Shown here: one piece after another, positions 50,302 through 64,000 of the stretch | How the letters are laid out: each line of letters starts with the position of its first letter | How positions within the stretch are numbered: the stretch's first letter is position 1 | Origin: Planktothrix sp. GU0601_MAG3 | GTDB lineage: Bacteria > Cyanobacteriota > Cyanobacteriia > Cyanobacteriales > Microcoleaceae | DNA length: 64,000 nt | NCBI GenBank assembly: GCA_035193785.1 | Contig: CP136572.1 | Location: forward strand, 1,876,578-1,940,577 | Direction of reading: 5' to 3' | Translations under genes and position numbers: made by a program | Notes under the pieces: generated by a model | The model's database searches: none | What the model saw: the letters and a program-made list of their open reading frames with translations, nothing else | Told to the model about the DNA's origin: nothing

Positions 50302-51489
50302 ATGAAAATTCTGCAAATTATTCCTTCAATTTCCTTAGTATATGGTGGCCCCAGTCAAATGATCCGGGGTCTATCTACCGCCCTAGGAAAACTTGGCGTT
50401 GAGGTCACAATTTTAACCACTAATTCTAATGGAGATCGGGGACAACCGCCCCTAGATGTTCCCTTAGATATTCCCGTACAGGAAAATGGTTATCAGGTGC
50501 GCTATTTTCCCTGTTCTCCCTTTCGTCGTTATAAATTTTCTTTAGATTTATTAAACTGGCTAAACAAACACGCTTCCGAATATGATTTAGCCCATATTCA
50601 TGCTTTATTTTCTCCCGTAACTTCCCTGGCTGCCACCGTCGCCCGTTATCAAAAATTACCCTATATTTTACGGCCATTAGGAACCCTTGACCCCGCCGAT
50701 TTAAACAAGAAAAAACAGTTAAAAAAACTCTATGCCGCCTTATTAGAACGTCCCAATATTGCCGGGGCGGCAGCAATTCATTTTACCAGTCAAGAAGAAG
50801 CCAGAATATCTGAAAGATTTGGAGTAAAAACCAACGATTTAGTTATTCCTTTAGGAGTAACCTTACCCGAATTAACCCAAACTCCCCAAGCAATTTTATC
50901 CCATTTAGAAATCAAGCCCGATGTTCCGATTATTTTATTTTTATCTCGAATTGAACCAAAAAAAGGACTAGATATTTTAATTCCCGCTTTAGAAAAAGTC
51001 TTAAAAACCGGATTACAATTTCAGTTTATTTTAGCCGGATCTAATCCTCAAGATCCCGAATATGAAGCCAAAATCAAACAACAAATTCAACAATCTCCTT
51101 TAGGGGAAAAAACAATAATTCCCGGGTTTGTCACGGGAGAAATCAAAACAGCTTTATTAAAAATAGCCGATTTATTTGTCTTACCTTCCTATTATGAAAA
51201 TTTTGGCATTGCCGTCGCAGAAGCAATGGCCGTGGGAACTCCGGTAGTAATTTCTAAGGGAATTTATATTTGGGAAGATGTGGAACAAGCCCAAGGAGGT
51301 TGGGTCGGAAATGGCAATATTGATGAAATCTCAAGTTTAATTGAAACTGCATTAACCAACCCACAAGAAATTCAACGGCGAGGATTAAATGCTCAAAATT
51401 ATGCTTTAAATTATTATAGTTGGGATGCGATCGCTCAACAAATGATTCAAGCCTATCAAGGATTAATTTCAACCTCAAGGTCATTATAA
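50302..51489 (+). CDS. hpsP: GT4 glycosyltransferase, hormogonium polysaccharide HpsP-like
   Basis: The N-terminus MKILQIIPSISLVYGGPSQM matches the HpsP family as I recall it; RPLGTLDPADL, PSYYENFGIAVAEAM. Confidence 0.75.
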   Translation: MKILQIIPSISLVYGGPSQMIRGLSTALGKLGVEVTILTTNSNGDRGQPPLDVPLDIPVQENGYQVRYFPCSPFRRYKFSLDLLNWLNKHASEYDLAHIHALFSPVTSLAATVARYQKLPYILRPLGTLDPADLNKKKQLKKLYAALLERPNIAGAAAIHFTSQEEARISERFGVKTNDLVIPLGVTLPELTQTPQAILSHLEIKPDVPIILFLSRIEPKKGLDILIPALEKVLKTGLQFQFILAGSNPQDPEYEAKIKQQIQQSPLGEKTIIPGFVTGEIKTALLKIADLFVLPSYYENFGIAVAEAMAVGTPVVISKGIYIWEDVEQAQGGWVGNGNIDEISSLIETALTNPQEIQRRGLNAQNYALNYYSWDAIAQQMIQAYQGLISTSRSL

Positions 51490-51522
51490 AATTGCAGATT
51501 TTATCTAGGAAGGCTAATTTTT

Positions 51523-52366
51523 ATGTTTCTAACCTTTGCTATTTTAATCTCTTTTTTAGCAGGTGCATTCATCGGTAAGTCTTTAGCTAAAAAGGGTGTG
51601 ACTGCCGAAACAGCATTACAACAATATCAACGACAAGTTTATTGGATCAGTTTTGCTGCTTTGAGCATCGGTACATTGATCACAGTATTGATGATTGCAG
51701 GAAAAAAAAGCCCCTGGTTTCCCTCTTTTCTCCTACTTTACCCTGGAGCTTATTTCTGGATTTTTATTTTGCTAATTTGCTGTTTTTCCACAGGATTTCT
51801 GATCTTCCTAGAAAAATCTGGGTGGAGAGACAAAAAGAGATTACAGCAACTTATTCTTTTCCTAATTGTTAGCCTCTTTGCCATTGCCTTTTTACTCTAT
51901 CAAAACTTACCCATTACAGGTTTAATCCAACCTGCCCAAATCTCCCAGGGGGTTGTATTACAGACCACTCCCTACAGTTGTTCATCGGCTAGTATTGCCA
52001 CCCTTGCACGCCTGGTTAAACCCGAACTTCAAATAACAGAACTTGACGTGGTTAAGCTGGCAAAAACCAATCGACAAGGAACGAGTATTCTTGGAGAAAT
52101 TAAGGCTATGCAAAGACTGGGTTTAGCCCCACAATACGAACGTAATTTGAAGATTGAGGACTTGGTTTCCCGTCAACAACTGGCTATCCTGCACGTCATG
52201 GAAACCCATAGGAGGAATAAAAATCCAACACGCAATTGCTTTATTAGCAGTTGACCCAGAAAAACAAACCCTAACTGTGGCAAATCCGTTATATGGAAAA
52301 CAGGTTAAAACCTTCGACGAGATGCGGGACTACTGGATAGGAGAAGCTGTATTTGTCACCCCCTAA
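51523..52366 (+). CDS. Membrane protein with a C-terminal C39-like cysteine peptidase domain (apparent frameshift at 52201-52205)
   Basis: About four TM segments, then VLQTTPYSCSSASIAT, GTS, QHAIAL, VANPLYG, W.GEAV. Confidence 0.75.
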
Positions 52367-52368
52367 AC

Positions 52369-53707
<1,339 letters not shown>

Positions 53708-53876
53708 TAACTTTAAGGGAAAAGCCTAATTTCCCGTAGGCTGAAAGGGCGTAACTTCGTTCAAATTCCCCTTAGTAATAAAAGAGGGTTATATCTAATA
53801 ACTCATCAAGTTATTACTTTTTTATTCCTAAGCACAATGTAGAAAACTCCAGCAAGATATTAACTAGACGGGGGCT

Positions 53877-56800
53877 TTAGAACAAACTCACGAAGTCATC
53901 TTGCGTGATTAAGGTAGGATTGACACCCTGTAAGCGCATCAAGATTTGACCATCCACTTGAATGACAGTGGTATTGCCTTCGGAAGTAAGATTCAACTGC
54001 TCAAAGGTGAAGGTTTCATCCAACAGCAGCAGATCTTCACCGTCTTGGAAGTCGGTAACAACGTCAGAAAACCGTTGCCTGCCATGAGGAAGAAGCGATC
54101 GCGACCCTTCCCACCCGTCAAGGTGTCATTGCCCTTATCGCCAAACAGCGTGTCATTCCCAAGGCCGCCAAACACCTGGTCATTATCTTGACCGCCATAG
54201 AGAATATCATCCCCATCATTGCCATTGACCTGATCATTGCCTTGGTTGCCATTAACCCAATCGTTGCCAATTCCCCCTGCCAAGGTGTCATTGTTTTTGT
54301 CGCCAAATAAAGTATCCTCACCCCCTTGACCATTGAGGAGGTCATCCCCTTGACCCCCATAGAGGAGATCATTACCATTGCCACCGTCTAAGACATCATT
54401 ACCCTGATTGGCAATTAAAGTATCATCCCCATCAACTCCTAGAATGGTATCATCCCCATCCAGCGCCAGAATCAAGTTGTCTTGGGCATTGCCCAGGATC
54501 AGATCTGGGGATGTTTTAGCAATAATAGATGTTGTTCCCAGGGTATCTAAATCAATCGTGGAGGACGGTGACCGTTCAGAACCATTAGGGGTTTGATTGG
54601 TTGTTGTCGGAGCGGGGAACGTTGGAATAGCAACACCTCCCCCTGGATTGGATGTGGGAGTTTCACCGGGAGTTGAGGGAGGGGTGATGATGCTTTCAGG
54701 GGTAATGCCAAAGGGTAAAGCATACTGTAAGCCAAAATTCTCAAAGAGTTCGTTAGTATTCCGAGGCAAAACATTGGCATCAAAATTGCGGTTGTAAATT
54801 TCCCCATAGTTGCCAACAGCCTTAATAATTTGGGCGGCAAAATCCTGGGGTAAGCCCAGCGTTCCACCCAAGTTATCGTCTACTCCCAAGAAGCGGCGAA
54901 TTGCCGGATCGGAACTGGTGGCAATTAACTCATCTACATTACTTTGAGTAATACCCAAGTCTTCAGCTTGAACCAAAGTTTGAATCACCCAGTTGACTAC
55001 ATCCGCCCAAGCCGATTGGTTTTCATCCATGACTAACGCGAGCGGATCTTTCGAGAAAACCTCATCTAACAAACGCTGATTGGAAGGATTCGAGAGGGTG
55101 GGAATGCGAGCGGTGATAATCGGTAAATCGGTAACAACAGCGTCAATTTCCCCTTGTTCATAACCTGCAAACAGGGCTTCATTCGTTGAGTAGGAAACGG
55201 GAACAAAGTTGCCGCCAACTTGAGCTAAGGCATCTTCCAGGTTTTGCTGAATCGTTGTGCCTGTAACAACCCCAATCTTGCGACCGTTGAGCATCGGCAG
55301 GGACGTCATGCCACTGTCAGCACGGACTAGCACGCCTTGACCTGTGTAGAAATAGGGTTTACTGTAGTCGATCCCTAGACTTGCATCCCGCCCTAAATTA
55401 TGGGTGACACCCATTGCCGACACATCCACCACACCGTTCGCCGCATTGGTAAAGCCATCGGTAAAGGTTTGGGTAACAAATTCAACTTGATTAGAATTGC
55501 CAAACAACGCAGCTGAGAGGGCTTTCGCTAAATCAACGTCAATTCCTGCCCATTCTCCATCGACCTGTTGAGCAAAACCGGGATTATTGCCCGTCACGCC
55601 AACTTTGACCGTTCCCCGTCCTAAGATCTCTGCCAAGAGATTGCGAGCATCATTTTCAATTAAGGGGGTTTCGTTAGCGACGGTTTCCTGAGAAGGGCAG
55701 AGAGTAGATTAAGCCTTCATTTGACCAGAGGTTATTACGATAGCGATCTAAGCCACTGAAATGACGTTCATAGATTTCGCCGTAGTTGCCAACGTTTTTG
55801 ATCGTGTTTACCACAAAGTCATTCGGTACGCCCAGTGCTGTCCCATTCTCGCCTTCTAATCCTAAGAAGCGACGGATAGCCGGATCGGTGCTATTAGCAA
55901 TGACCTGATCAACGTTGGTAGAGGTAATGCCATATTCTTCCGCTTGCATGGGCGTGTATGTTACCCAACGCACAACATCCGCCCACTCCGACTCATTTTC
56001 CGGTAACACCATTGCCAGTGGTTCTTGGGTAATTTCTTCATCGAGAATGCGATGGTTTGTGGGTTCGTCAAGGGTGGGAATGGTACTCTTTAAGCGAGAG
56101 CGATCGCCCGTGACAGCATCAATTTCTCCCCGTTCGTAGGCAGCATACATTTCTTCGGGATTCTCAAAGATTTTGCCTGTGAATTCAGTGCCCCGTTGCT
56201 GCATAAAGTTTTGCAGATTCTCCAAACCAAAGGCATTGCTAACGCCAATGGTTAAACCGTTTAAGTCTTCGACGCTATCAAGCTTTTGATCCGCTTTCAC
56301 TAAAATGGCACGGGTGTCATATAAATGCACCGGGCTGTAGTCGATATTTAAGCTAGCATCCCGGTACAGCAGCACCGTTGTATTGGTTGTTGCCACATCA
56401 ATCTGGCGGTTGGCAACATTTTCGAGAGTTTGGTTGGTTCCGTCTTGTGGCACAAATTCCACTTTGGATGGATCGCCAAATAACGCCGAGGCTAAAGCGC
56501 GACCCCAATCGATACTATAACCTTGCCATTGTCCGTTCGTTTGTTCAGAGAATCCTGGGAGATTCGGAAATACGCCAACTTTAATGTAACCCCGTTGTAA
56601 GATTTCTTCTAAGAAATTATAAGGCGTTGATTGCGGTTCGGCGTTGCGACCTTGGGGTTGAGCGCTTTGAGTGAGTCCTGCGGTTGATGTGGGAGACGGT
56701 GCTGCGGTTTCGGGAACTTCAATTGTTGCCACATCTTGAACCAGTTCCAGCACTTGGGATAAATCCGAGAAGGTATTGTAAATCTTGCCATCATTTTGAA

Positions 56801-59800
56801 CGGCTGCAATTTGCTGTTCTTGATAGTACAAGTAACCGCCGATAAATTGGAAATCCTCCAAATTATCAGTATTGAAACTGCTGCCATCGATCACCATTTT
56901 GTCGCCTTCTAGGGGATCAAAATCTAGTATATTATCGATGCTGGAGTCTAGTGCAATCACAAAGCGATCTGCACCCTCACCGCCATTTAAGGCATCTTGA
57001 CCTTCACCGCCTATCAGGATGTCATTGCCAGCGCCACCCAGTAGCCAATCGTTATCGCGATCTCCTTGGAGGCGATCGCTGCCTTCTCCACCTTCCAGGA
57101 GATCGCTGCCTTTGCCACCTTCGAGCAGGTCATCTCCGCTTTGACCATCGAGTTGATCGTTGCCTTCGCCACCGATTAAGATATCTGAACCGTCGCCACC
57201 CTCAATTTGATCGTCTCCTTCATTGCCTTCGAGATTATCATCGCCATAATTGCCTTGTAGAATATCTGCCCCGACACCCCCCTTAATCGTGTCATCGCCA
57301 TAATTTCCTCGTAGGCGATCGCTGCCGCTATTACCGAAAATTTCATCATCACCGTAACTGCCATTGTAGTTATCGTTCTCTTCAGAACCTTCAAAAACAT
57401 CATCCCCAGCAGTGCCTGTCACTAATGGAGCACTGCTAGCATCAGACGTGCTTTGAGGCTCATCATCAGTTAAGGTGACAAGAGCAGTTTGGTATTCTGG
57501 GTCGAGTTGGAATCCTTCGCCAACATAGCGGAGGTTGATCACAATCGTTTCTGGCCCCTCAATGAGCAGATCGTCAAGGGCTGTGATATTGAATACGGCT
57601 TGAGTCTCCCCAGGTTCAATGTAGATTTGACCGATATTTCCATCCAAGAATTGATAATCTTCCCCTAGAGTTGCTGTTCCCGATAGGCTATAGAGCAGAT
57701 TTAAGCCTTGGTTGGGAACAGCTTCTCCTAACTCAATGATGATTTCGCCGTTAGCTGTGCTATTTTCCTGGATCTCACCCGTGCCATAGATTTTGATCGT
57801 GCGTTCGTCATTGAGTTGCTGTTCAACTAGGAAATTACTGGCATCAATCTCGTCTTGATATTCTTGCTGGGCTTCGGCTAAGGTTAACTCTCCACGAGTG
57901 AGGTTATTGGTAATCACAGCCATTTCACCTTGGACTGCCTGTTTCATCGGAGCCACAGTTTGCATGACGATTTCTACTGTGCGATCACTAGCTTCGGCTG
58001 CCAACTCATCAATGGTTTGATTGCTTGTGGCAACGGTTTGCGCCACTAACGCCACAACGTCTGGTGAAACGGGCTTTTGAGTTTGATCGGCGAGTTCGTT
58101 AAAGAAGGACTGTAACTGCTGGGTTTCAGTCAAGTCAAAGACTCCCGACTCTGATGTCAGTGCTTCAGCCAGAACCTTGGTGACTGACGCTTGGATGTCT
58201 GTGGCGGAGAGATCGGGTTTTAACCCTTGCAGGAATGCACCACCGTGAACCATTAAATTCTGAACTTTGACATGGGCGAGGTAGATGTCAACACCCATTT
58301 CTTGTTCGGCGACTAAGGCAGAAGAGAGGGCTTCAAGAGGATCAAATGCTTCCAGGTCAATGTCTAAGGATTTCAAGGATAAGCCGAGACGGTTGGCAAT
58401 CAGTTCTTCGGCTGCCTCATCGGACTTGGCATACCCTTCCTTGACTAAGAAGTTTTGCAAGTTCGTTAACGGTGTAATCATTGCTGAATCTACACCCGTA
58501 ATTAATTGTGTCGCTAAAGGTACACCTGTAGAACTATCAATGCCACTGAAGGCGATAATTTGACCTTCATCTTCATCGAGTATGCCATTTTGATTCTTGT
58601 CGAATTCCGTCAGATCAAATTCGAGGTTAAATTCTCCGGTGCTATTGGTTTTGGTAATCGGTTCATTTTCATCAAGTTGATTGTTGAGGTTGCCATCTAA
58701 GTACACCAAAGCATCGGCAATATAACTGTTAGAAACTTTACCGCCGATAGAACCACTAAAGCCAGATTCATTGAGCGTAAATTCAACTAATTTGAATCGT
58801 GCTAGATCCTTACTCCAAACAGTTTTTGTCAAACCGATGAAACTAATCCCAATCTTCACTTCCCCTCTAAGGTAGGCTTCTAAAGTTCCCGTCAGTTTCA
58901 AATAAGGAGAGGGGACGGTTCAAGCGAGAGAGGATTTCTGAACCCCGAACTTTACCATCGCTGGTGCCATTTTTCTCACCAATATCTTCGAGATCAAACC
59001 CAACCCTGCCCTCCAGACCACCTTTAAGAGCAGCTTCTGCCACTAACACATCTAAGGCTAATCCGGCAGTAATTCCAGCTTTGATGGTCAATTCATCTTT
59101 ATCTCTGCCATCTTTTGACCAATCATCTAAATAGAAGCCATCCAAGACTTTGTAGGAGTCTGCCAATTTATAATCGGTGGCTTTCCACTGATTTAAACCG
59201 TAGGTATCAAATCCCACAGCTAAATCGGTTTTAGCGTCAAAAGATGCACCCAATATTCCATTAATGTTGGGGGGAGAATAGATGGGAAAACTTTTCTCAA
59301 AACCAAATCCAAATTCTAAGTCTGGGATATCGTACTTGATTAAATCAGCCGTTTGACCTAACACCAATTTAAAGGCATTTTTGGGTTGAGTCAGTAATGG
59401 AATTTCGAGTCCTTCAATACTGTTAAGTTTATTGATGACTTTCGTGAAGAAATTGTCGGCTGGAAGTTTGGTGTCTGTGGAATTGCCATCACGAGATCGA
59501 GTCGGGTTGGGAACTGGCGCGGCACTGGCACTATCAGCTTTGTCTTTACTGGCGGCTTTAAAGCTATTGAGATTAAAGCTCCCCAAATTGATTTTGAAGG
59601 ATTCATCCTTTGAGGTTTGATTTAAGGTATCGACTAATTCCACAATATCGCTAACAGCCTGACTGAATTTGACAGCCGTTTCAACTTTCTGAGCAACACC
59701 TGGATTTTTGGCTTTGATGGCTGGAAACTGGGCGAGGGAACCAGCAATATCGAGGAGAGAAACGCCATTCTTTTTATCATAGTCAAAGGCTTTTTCTAAG

Positions 59801-62800
59801 CCAATATAAGAGAAGAGTTTAGTATCGGTATTTAATGCTTTAACGACAGGTTTAATGGGATCGATAATGTTATCAACAAGACTAATAACAGGCTGCGTGA
59901 AATCGGTAACAAAGGTTCCCGCATCTAAGGTGAGGTTATTGAAGCTAATATTTAATCCTTCTTTACTCGCTTGAGCTTGATCACCATAGTTAAATAACTC
60001 GAGTTTCGCGGCAGTATCAAAGGAGAAGGAGGGAAAAGCTGCATTACCTTCAATGCTGGTTTCTGCCTTAATTCCTAAGTTAGCCTCCCCTTTAAATTCA
60101 TAGCTTAATAGGTCGGTAAAGCTGTATTCTTTATCCGTCGCCACAATCGCTAAATCCGCTAAGGTGAGGCGATCGCCATCATCAATGGCAACGAGTTTCC
60201 ACTTATTATCTTCTCGGCTTAATTTAATTGCACCTAGCGCTGGAAATACTCCTTGCAAACTTAAAACACCAGCGGCAGATTGACTAACTTCCAATTTTCC
60301 ACTCAGGGTGATACCTGTTGCATCAGCGCTGATTCCGGGTAACAATTTGGCAACTGATGTAAAGTCTCCAAAAGTATCTTTACCGAGGGTGACTGCTCCC
60401 GTTCCTGAAAATTCATAACTGCGTTTTTCTGCTGTTCCCCCTACCGTAATAATGGGATCTTTAATCGCTAAATTCTTTAAGTCTTCGGGGATGGTTATGT
60501 TAACCATATTGGCTAAATCTGTAAACGAAATATTACCTGTGAGGCTCAATTTCTTCTCTTCAGGACTGACACCGATATCAACGGTTCCCTGAATGATCTT
60601 GAGGTCAGGATTTAATCCAAGTGCGCTTTGAAGCCAGCTTGTGATATTGCCAACAGGGATTTTTTCAGCGCTAAACTCGTAGGTTTCCTTATCTTTGATG
60701 TAGTTAACGTTGAGGCTATCTGATTTGAAACTGTATTGAGTTTTGCCATCTGTTGTGCTGTAAATCAGTTTTGGCTTCTCTAACTTCAGGAAAGGAATCG
60801 GTAGTTTGGGATCGCCTGCGATCGCTTTAACTAAGGCACTAATATCAACACTTTCAGCAAAGCTGACGGATTTTTGAGTAGGGGTGACTTCGATGTTGAC
60901 ATTCCCAGTAATGAAATCATTAATTGAGTTGATACCCAGTTCAGTTGTCAGCCAGTTTGTGAGTTCCCCAACTGGGATTTTTCCAACACTAAAGTTGTAG
61001 CTTCCCTTGTCATCTGTACTGTACTTAACGTTAAAAGTGTTGGAGTTAAAACTATATTGAGTTTTGCCATCTGTTGTGCTATAAGACAGTTCTGGCTTCT
61101 CTAACTTCAGGGAAGGAATCGGTAGGTTTTGATTGCCTGCGATCGCTTTAATTAATTCACTGATATTAACACTTTCAGTAAAGCTGACGAATTTTTGAGT
61201 AGGGGTGACTTCGATGTTGACATTCCCAGTAATGAAGTTCTTGATCGATTCGTTACCCAGTTCAGTTGCCAGCCAGTCTGTGAGTTCCCCAACCGGAATT
61301 CCTGTGTTACTAAACTTGTAGGTTTCATCCGCATTAGTCCCGTACTCAATTTTGAAGTTTCCTGATCTGAAACTGTATTGAGTTTTGCCGTCCTTATCTG
61401 TGTTGTAAATCAGTTCGGGATTTTTGAGGTTGAGGGATGGAATCGGTAAGGTGTTATCGTTCGCGATCGCTTTGACTAATTGACTGATATCCACATCCCC
61501 ATCAAAGGTGATGGATTTTTCATTGGAGGCGATTTTGACGTTAACATCTCCAGTGATGAAACTACCCAGATTACTAGCTTTGAGTTCGGTTTCGATCCAA
61601 CTGAGCAGGTTGCCAACGGGGATTTTTTCAGCAATAAAGCTGTAGGTTTCCTTATCTTTGATGTACTTAACTGTAAGGCCACCTGATTTGAAACTGTATT
61701 GAGTTTTGCCATCTGTTGTGCTGTAAATCAGTTCGGGATCTTTGAGGTTGAGGGATGGAATCGGTAAGGTGTTATTGTTCGCGCTCGCTTTGACTAATTG
61801 ACTGATATCCACATCCCCATCAAAGGTGATGGATTTTTCATTGGAGGCGATTTTGACGTTAACACCCCCAGTGATGAAACTACCCAGATTACTAGCTTTG
61901 AGTTCGGTTTCGATCCAACTGAGTAGGTTGCCAACGGGGATTTTTTCAGCAATAAAGCTGTAGGTTTCCTTATCTTTGATGTACTTAACTGTAAGGCTAC
62001 CTGATTTGAAACTGTATTGAGTTTTGCCATCTGTTGTGCTGTAAATCAGTTCGGGATCTTTGAGGTTTAGCGGTGGAACGGGTAGATTTTCATCGCCTGC
62101 GATCGCTTTGACTAATTGACTGATATCAACATCCCCATCAAAGCCGATGGATTTTTCATTGGAAGCCACTTTGACATTGACAGTTTCCAGTGATGAAGCG
62201 ACCAATATTGTTGATATTGAGTTCGTCTTCTATCCATTGGGTTAGTTTGCCAACGGGGATTCCTTCTGCCTTAAACTCGTAGGTTTTATCATCTTTTTTA
62301 ATGTACTTAACTATGAGGTTATCTGCGGTGAAACTGTATTGGGTTTTGCCATCTGTTGTGCTGTAAGCGATCTCGGGATCTTTGAGGTTGAGAGAGGGAA
62401 TCAGTAGCTCAGAATTACCTGCGATCGCTTTAACCAACGCACTGATATCAACATCCCCATCCACGCTAATCGATTTTTTATCGGGGGTCACTTCGATGTT
62501 GACATCCCCACTGATGAAGTCCTTGATCGATGTCAGACCCAGTTCATTCAGCCAATCTGTAATATTGTCAACGGGGATTTTTTCAACAATAAACTTATAG
62601 CCTTTGTTATCTTTGATGTACCCGATTGTGAGTTCTCCAGCCCTGAAACTGTATTGTGTTTCGCCATCTTCTTTGCTGTAGGTGAAAATGGGATTTTCTA
62701 GGTTCAGAGAAGGAATCAGTAGGTTTTCATCTTTTGCGATCGCTTTGATTAATTCACTGACATTGACATTACCAGTAAAGTTGATAGATTTGTTGTCGGG

Positions 62801-64000
62801 GGTCAGTTCAAGGTTAAAACCGCCATCAATGAACTGATCAATTGAGTTGATACCCAGTTCAGTGTTTAGCCATTTTGTGAGATCCCCAACTGGGATGTTT
62901 TTGGTACGAAACTCGTAGGTTTTATCCTGATTATTTCGGATGTACTCAATTTCAATATTGTCTGAGGTGAAACTGTATTGGGTTTGGTTGCCTTTTGTGA
63001 AGTGCTTGAATTGGGGATCTTCCATATTGAGGGGTGGAAGTGATAACGTGTCATTGCCGATGACCGCTTTGACTAACGCACTAATATCAACATTGCCATT
63101 AAAGTAGATGAATTGGCCATCTTGGGCAACTTCGATGTTGACAATCAAATCCTTATCAATGAATTCCCCAATATTGCTGACATTGAATTGGGTTCCAATC
63201 CAGTCTATGATTTTGCCAACCGGAATTCCGTTGACATTAAAGTTGTAGGTTCCATAATCTTTACTATTATTTCTGCCGTACTCAATTGTGAAGCCTTCTG
63301 ATGATGTGAAACTGTATTGGGTTTCGTCGCCTTCTTTGCTGTAAGTCAGTTTTGGATTATTTAAGTTGAGGGGTGGAATTGGGAAGGTGTCATTGTTCGC
63401 GATCGCTTTGACTAATTGACTAATATCAATATTCCCATCATATTTAACTTGAATTTTACCGTTTCCTAACTCCAGTCCGACCTGACCTGCTCCGGGTAAC
63501 ACGTCCTTAAGTGCTGGAAAATCTTCCCCGAAGTCACTGACGGGAATATCGCTAACGTTTAAGGTTTGCCAATTGAGTTTTGTGGCACCATCAACGGTCT
63601 TTTGTTGCAGAGAAACCTCCAAGACTAAACGATTTACCATTAATCGTGATATTGGAAGTAAAAGAATACGTTTTTTCTTCTTTATTGTATGTAAGGGTTG
63701 GTTGATTAAGAGCAAGTGCTGGTAAACCTTGAATCTTGATCCAATCCGTTAAGTTTGCTGTTCCTTCATAGAGCAATTTAATCTCTGAAGCACTGTTTGT
63801 GAGTGCGACTTGACCCGATGGTAAGATCTCATTGACAGCACCAATTCCAAGTGCAATTAACCGTTGAGTTAACGCTTCACCCGATAAGATTTCTTCATCT
63901 GGGTTCGCTTCCCGTAGTTGAGGTGAAGCTAGGGATTTATCCGAGGCAACTTTATTGGAGATTTCCTCGTTAATTTCAGTCGTTTCAGGGAGATCTGAAT
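53877..64000 (-). CDS. Giant secreted RTX/Ca-binding repeat protein (>3300 aa, 5' end outside the window) with ~106-aa repeats, Calx-beta and two amino-acid ABC substrate-binding domains; five apparent frameshifts
   Basis: Five ORFs join at GAAAC/GTTTC-type sites (63612, 62183, 58895, 55683, 54067). GGxGxDxL nonamers; GTATLGEDY…EGPETIVINL (Calx-beta); two ILxRG.hKVGV…D..RAL..A.FGD…WADVVxWV…VGNYGEIY (AapJ/BztA-like) domains; T1SS-type tail DVVTDFQDGEDLLLL…ITQDDF. Confidence 0.85.

Overview
Chromosomal window from a filamentous cyanobacterium. The abundant HIP1 (GCGATCGC), heptamer tandem repeats, psbZ and sigC support this; Oscillatoriales/Planktothrix-like is my inference. It carries core genes (purH, tig, asd-dapA-rnj, adhE, desC, proA-like, tRNA-Gly, ribH, psbZ, sigC, fur, metH, potDBC, hpsP) interleaved with accessory loci. 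These are an ABC-ATPase/TOPRIM-like pair, an MTase-Mrr fusion next to a DUF4160/DUF2442 pair, an orphan M.RsrI-like methyltransferase, a lipid-modifying cluster (two FAALs, ACP, alpha-oxoamine synthase, B12 radical SAM, GT4, MFS), and the 3' ~10 kb of a giant RTX protein with about nine ~106-aa repeats and two amino-acid-binding domains. The most striking signal is window-wide: all 30 frameshifts I could reconstruct by hand are repaired by removing an extra base at GAAC/GTTC (read as GAAAC/GTTTC). That is the canonical Dnd phosphorothioate motif. The split genes are therefore most likely intact, and the errors probably record a DNA modification in the sequenced native DNA. All functional calls come from motif recognition; no searches were run.
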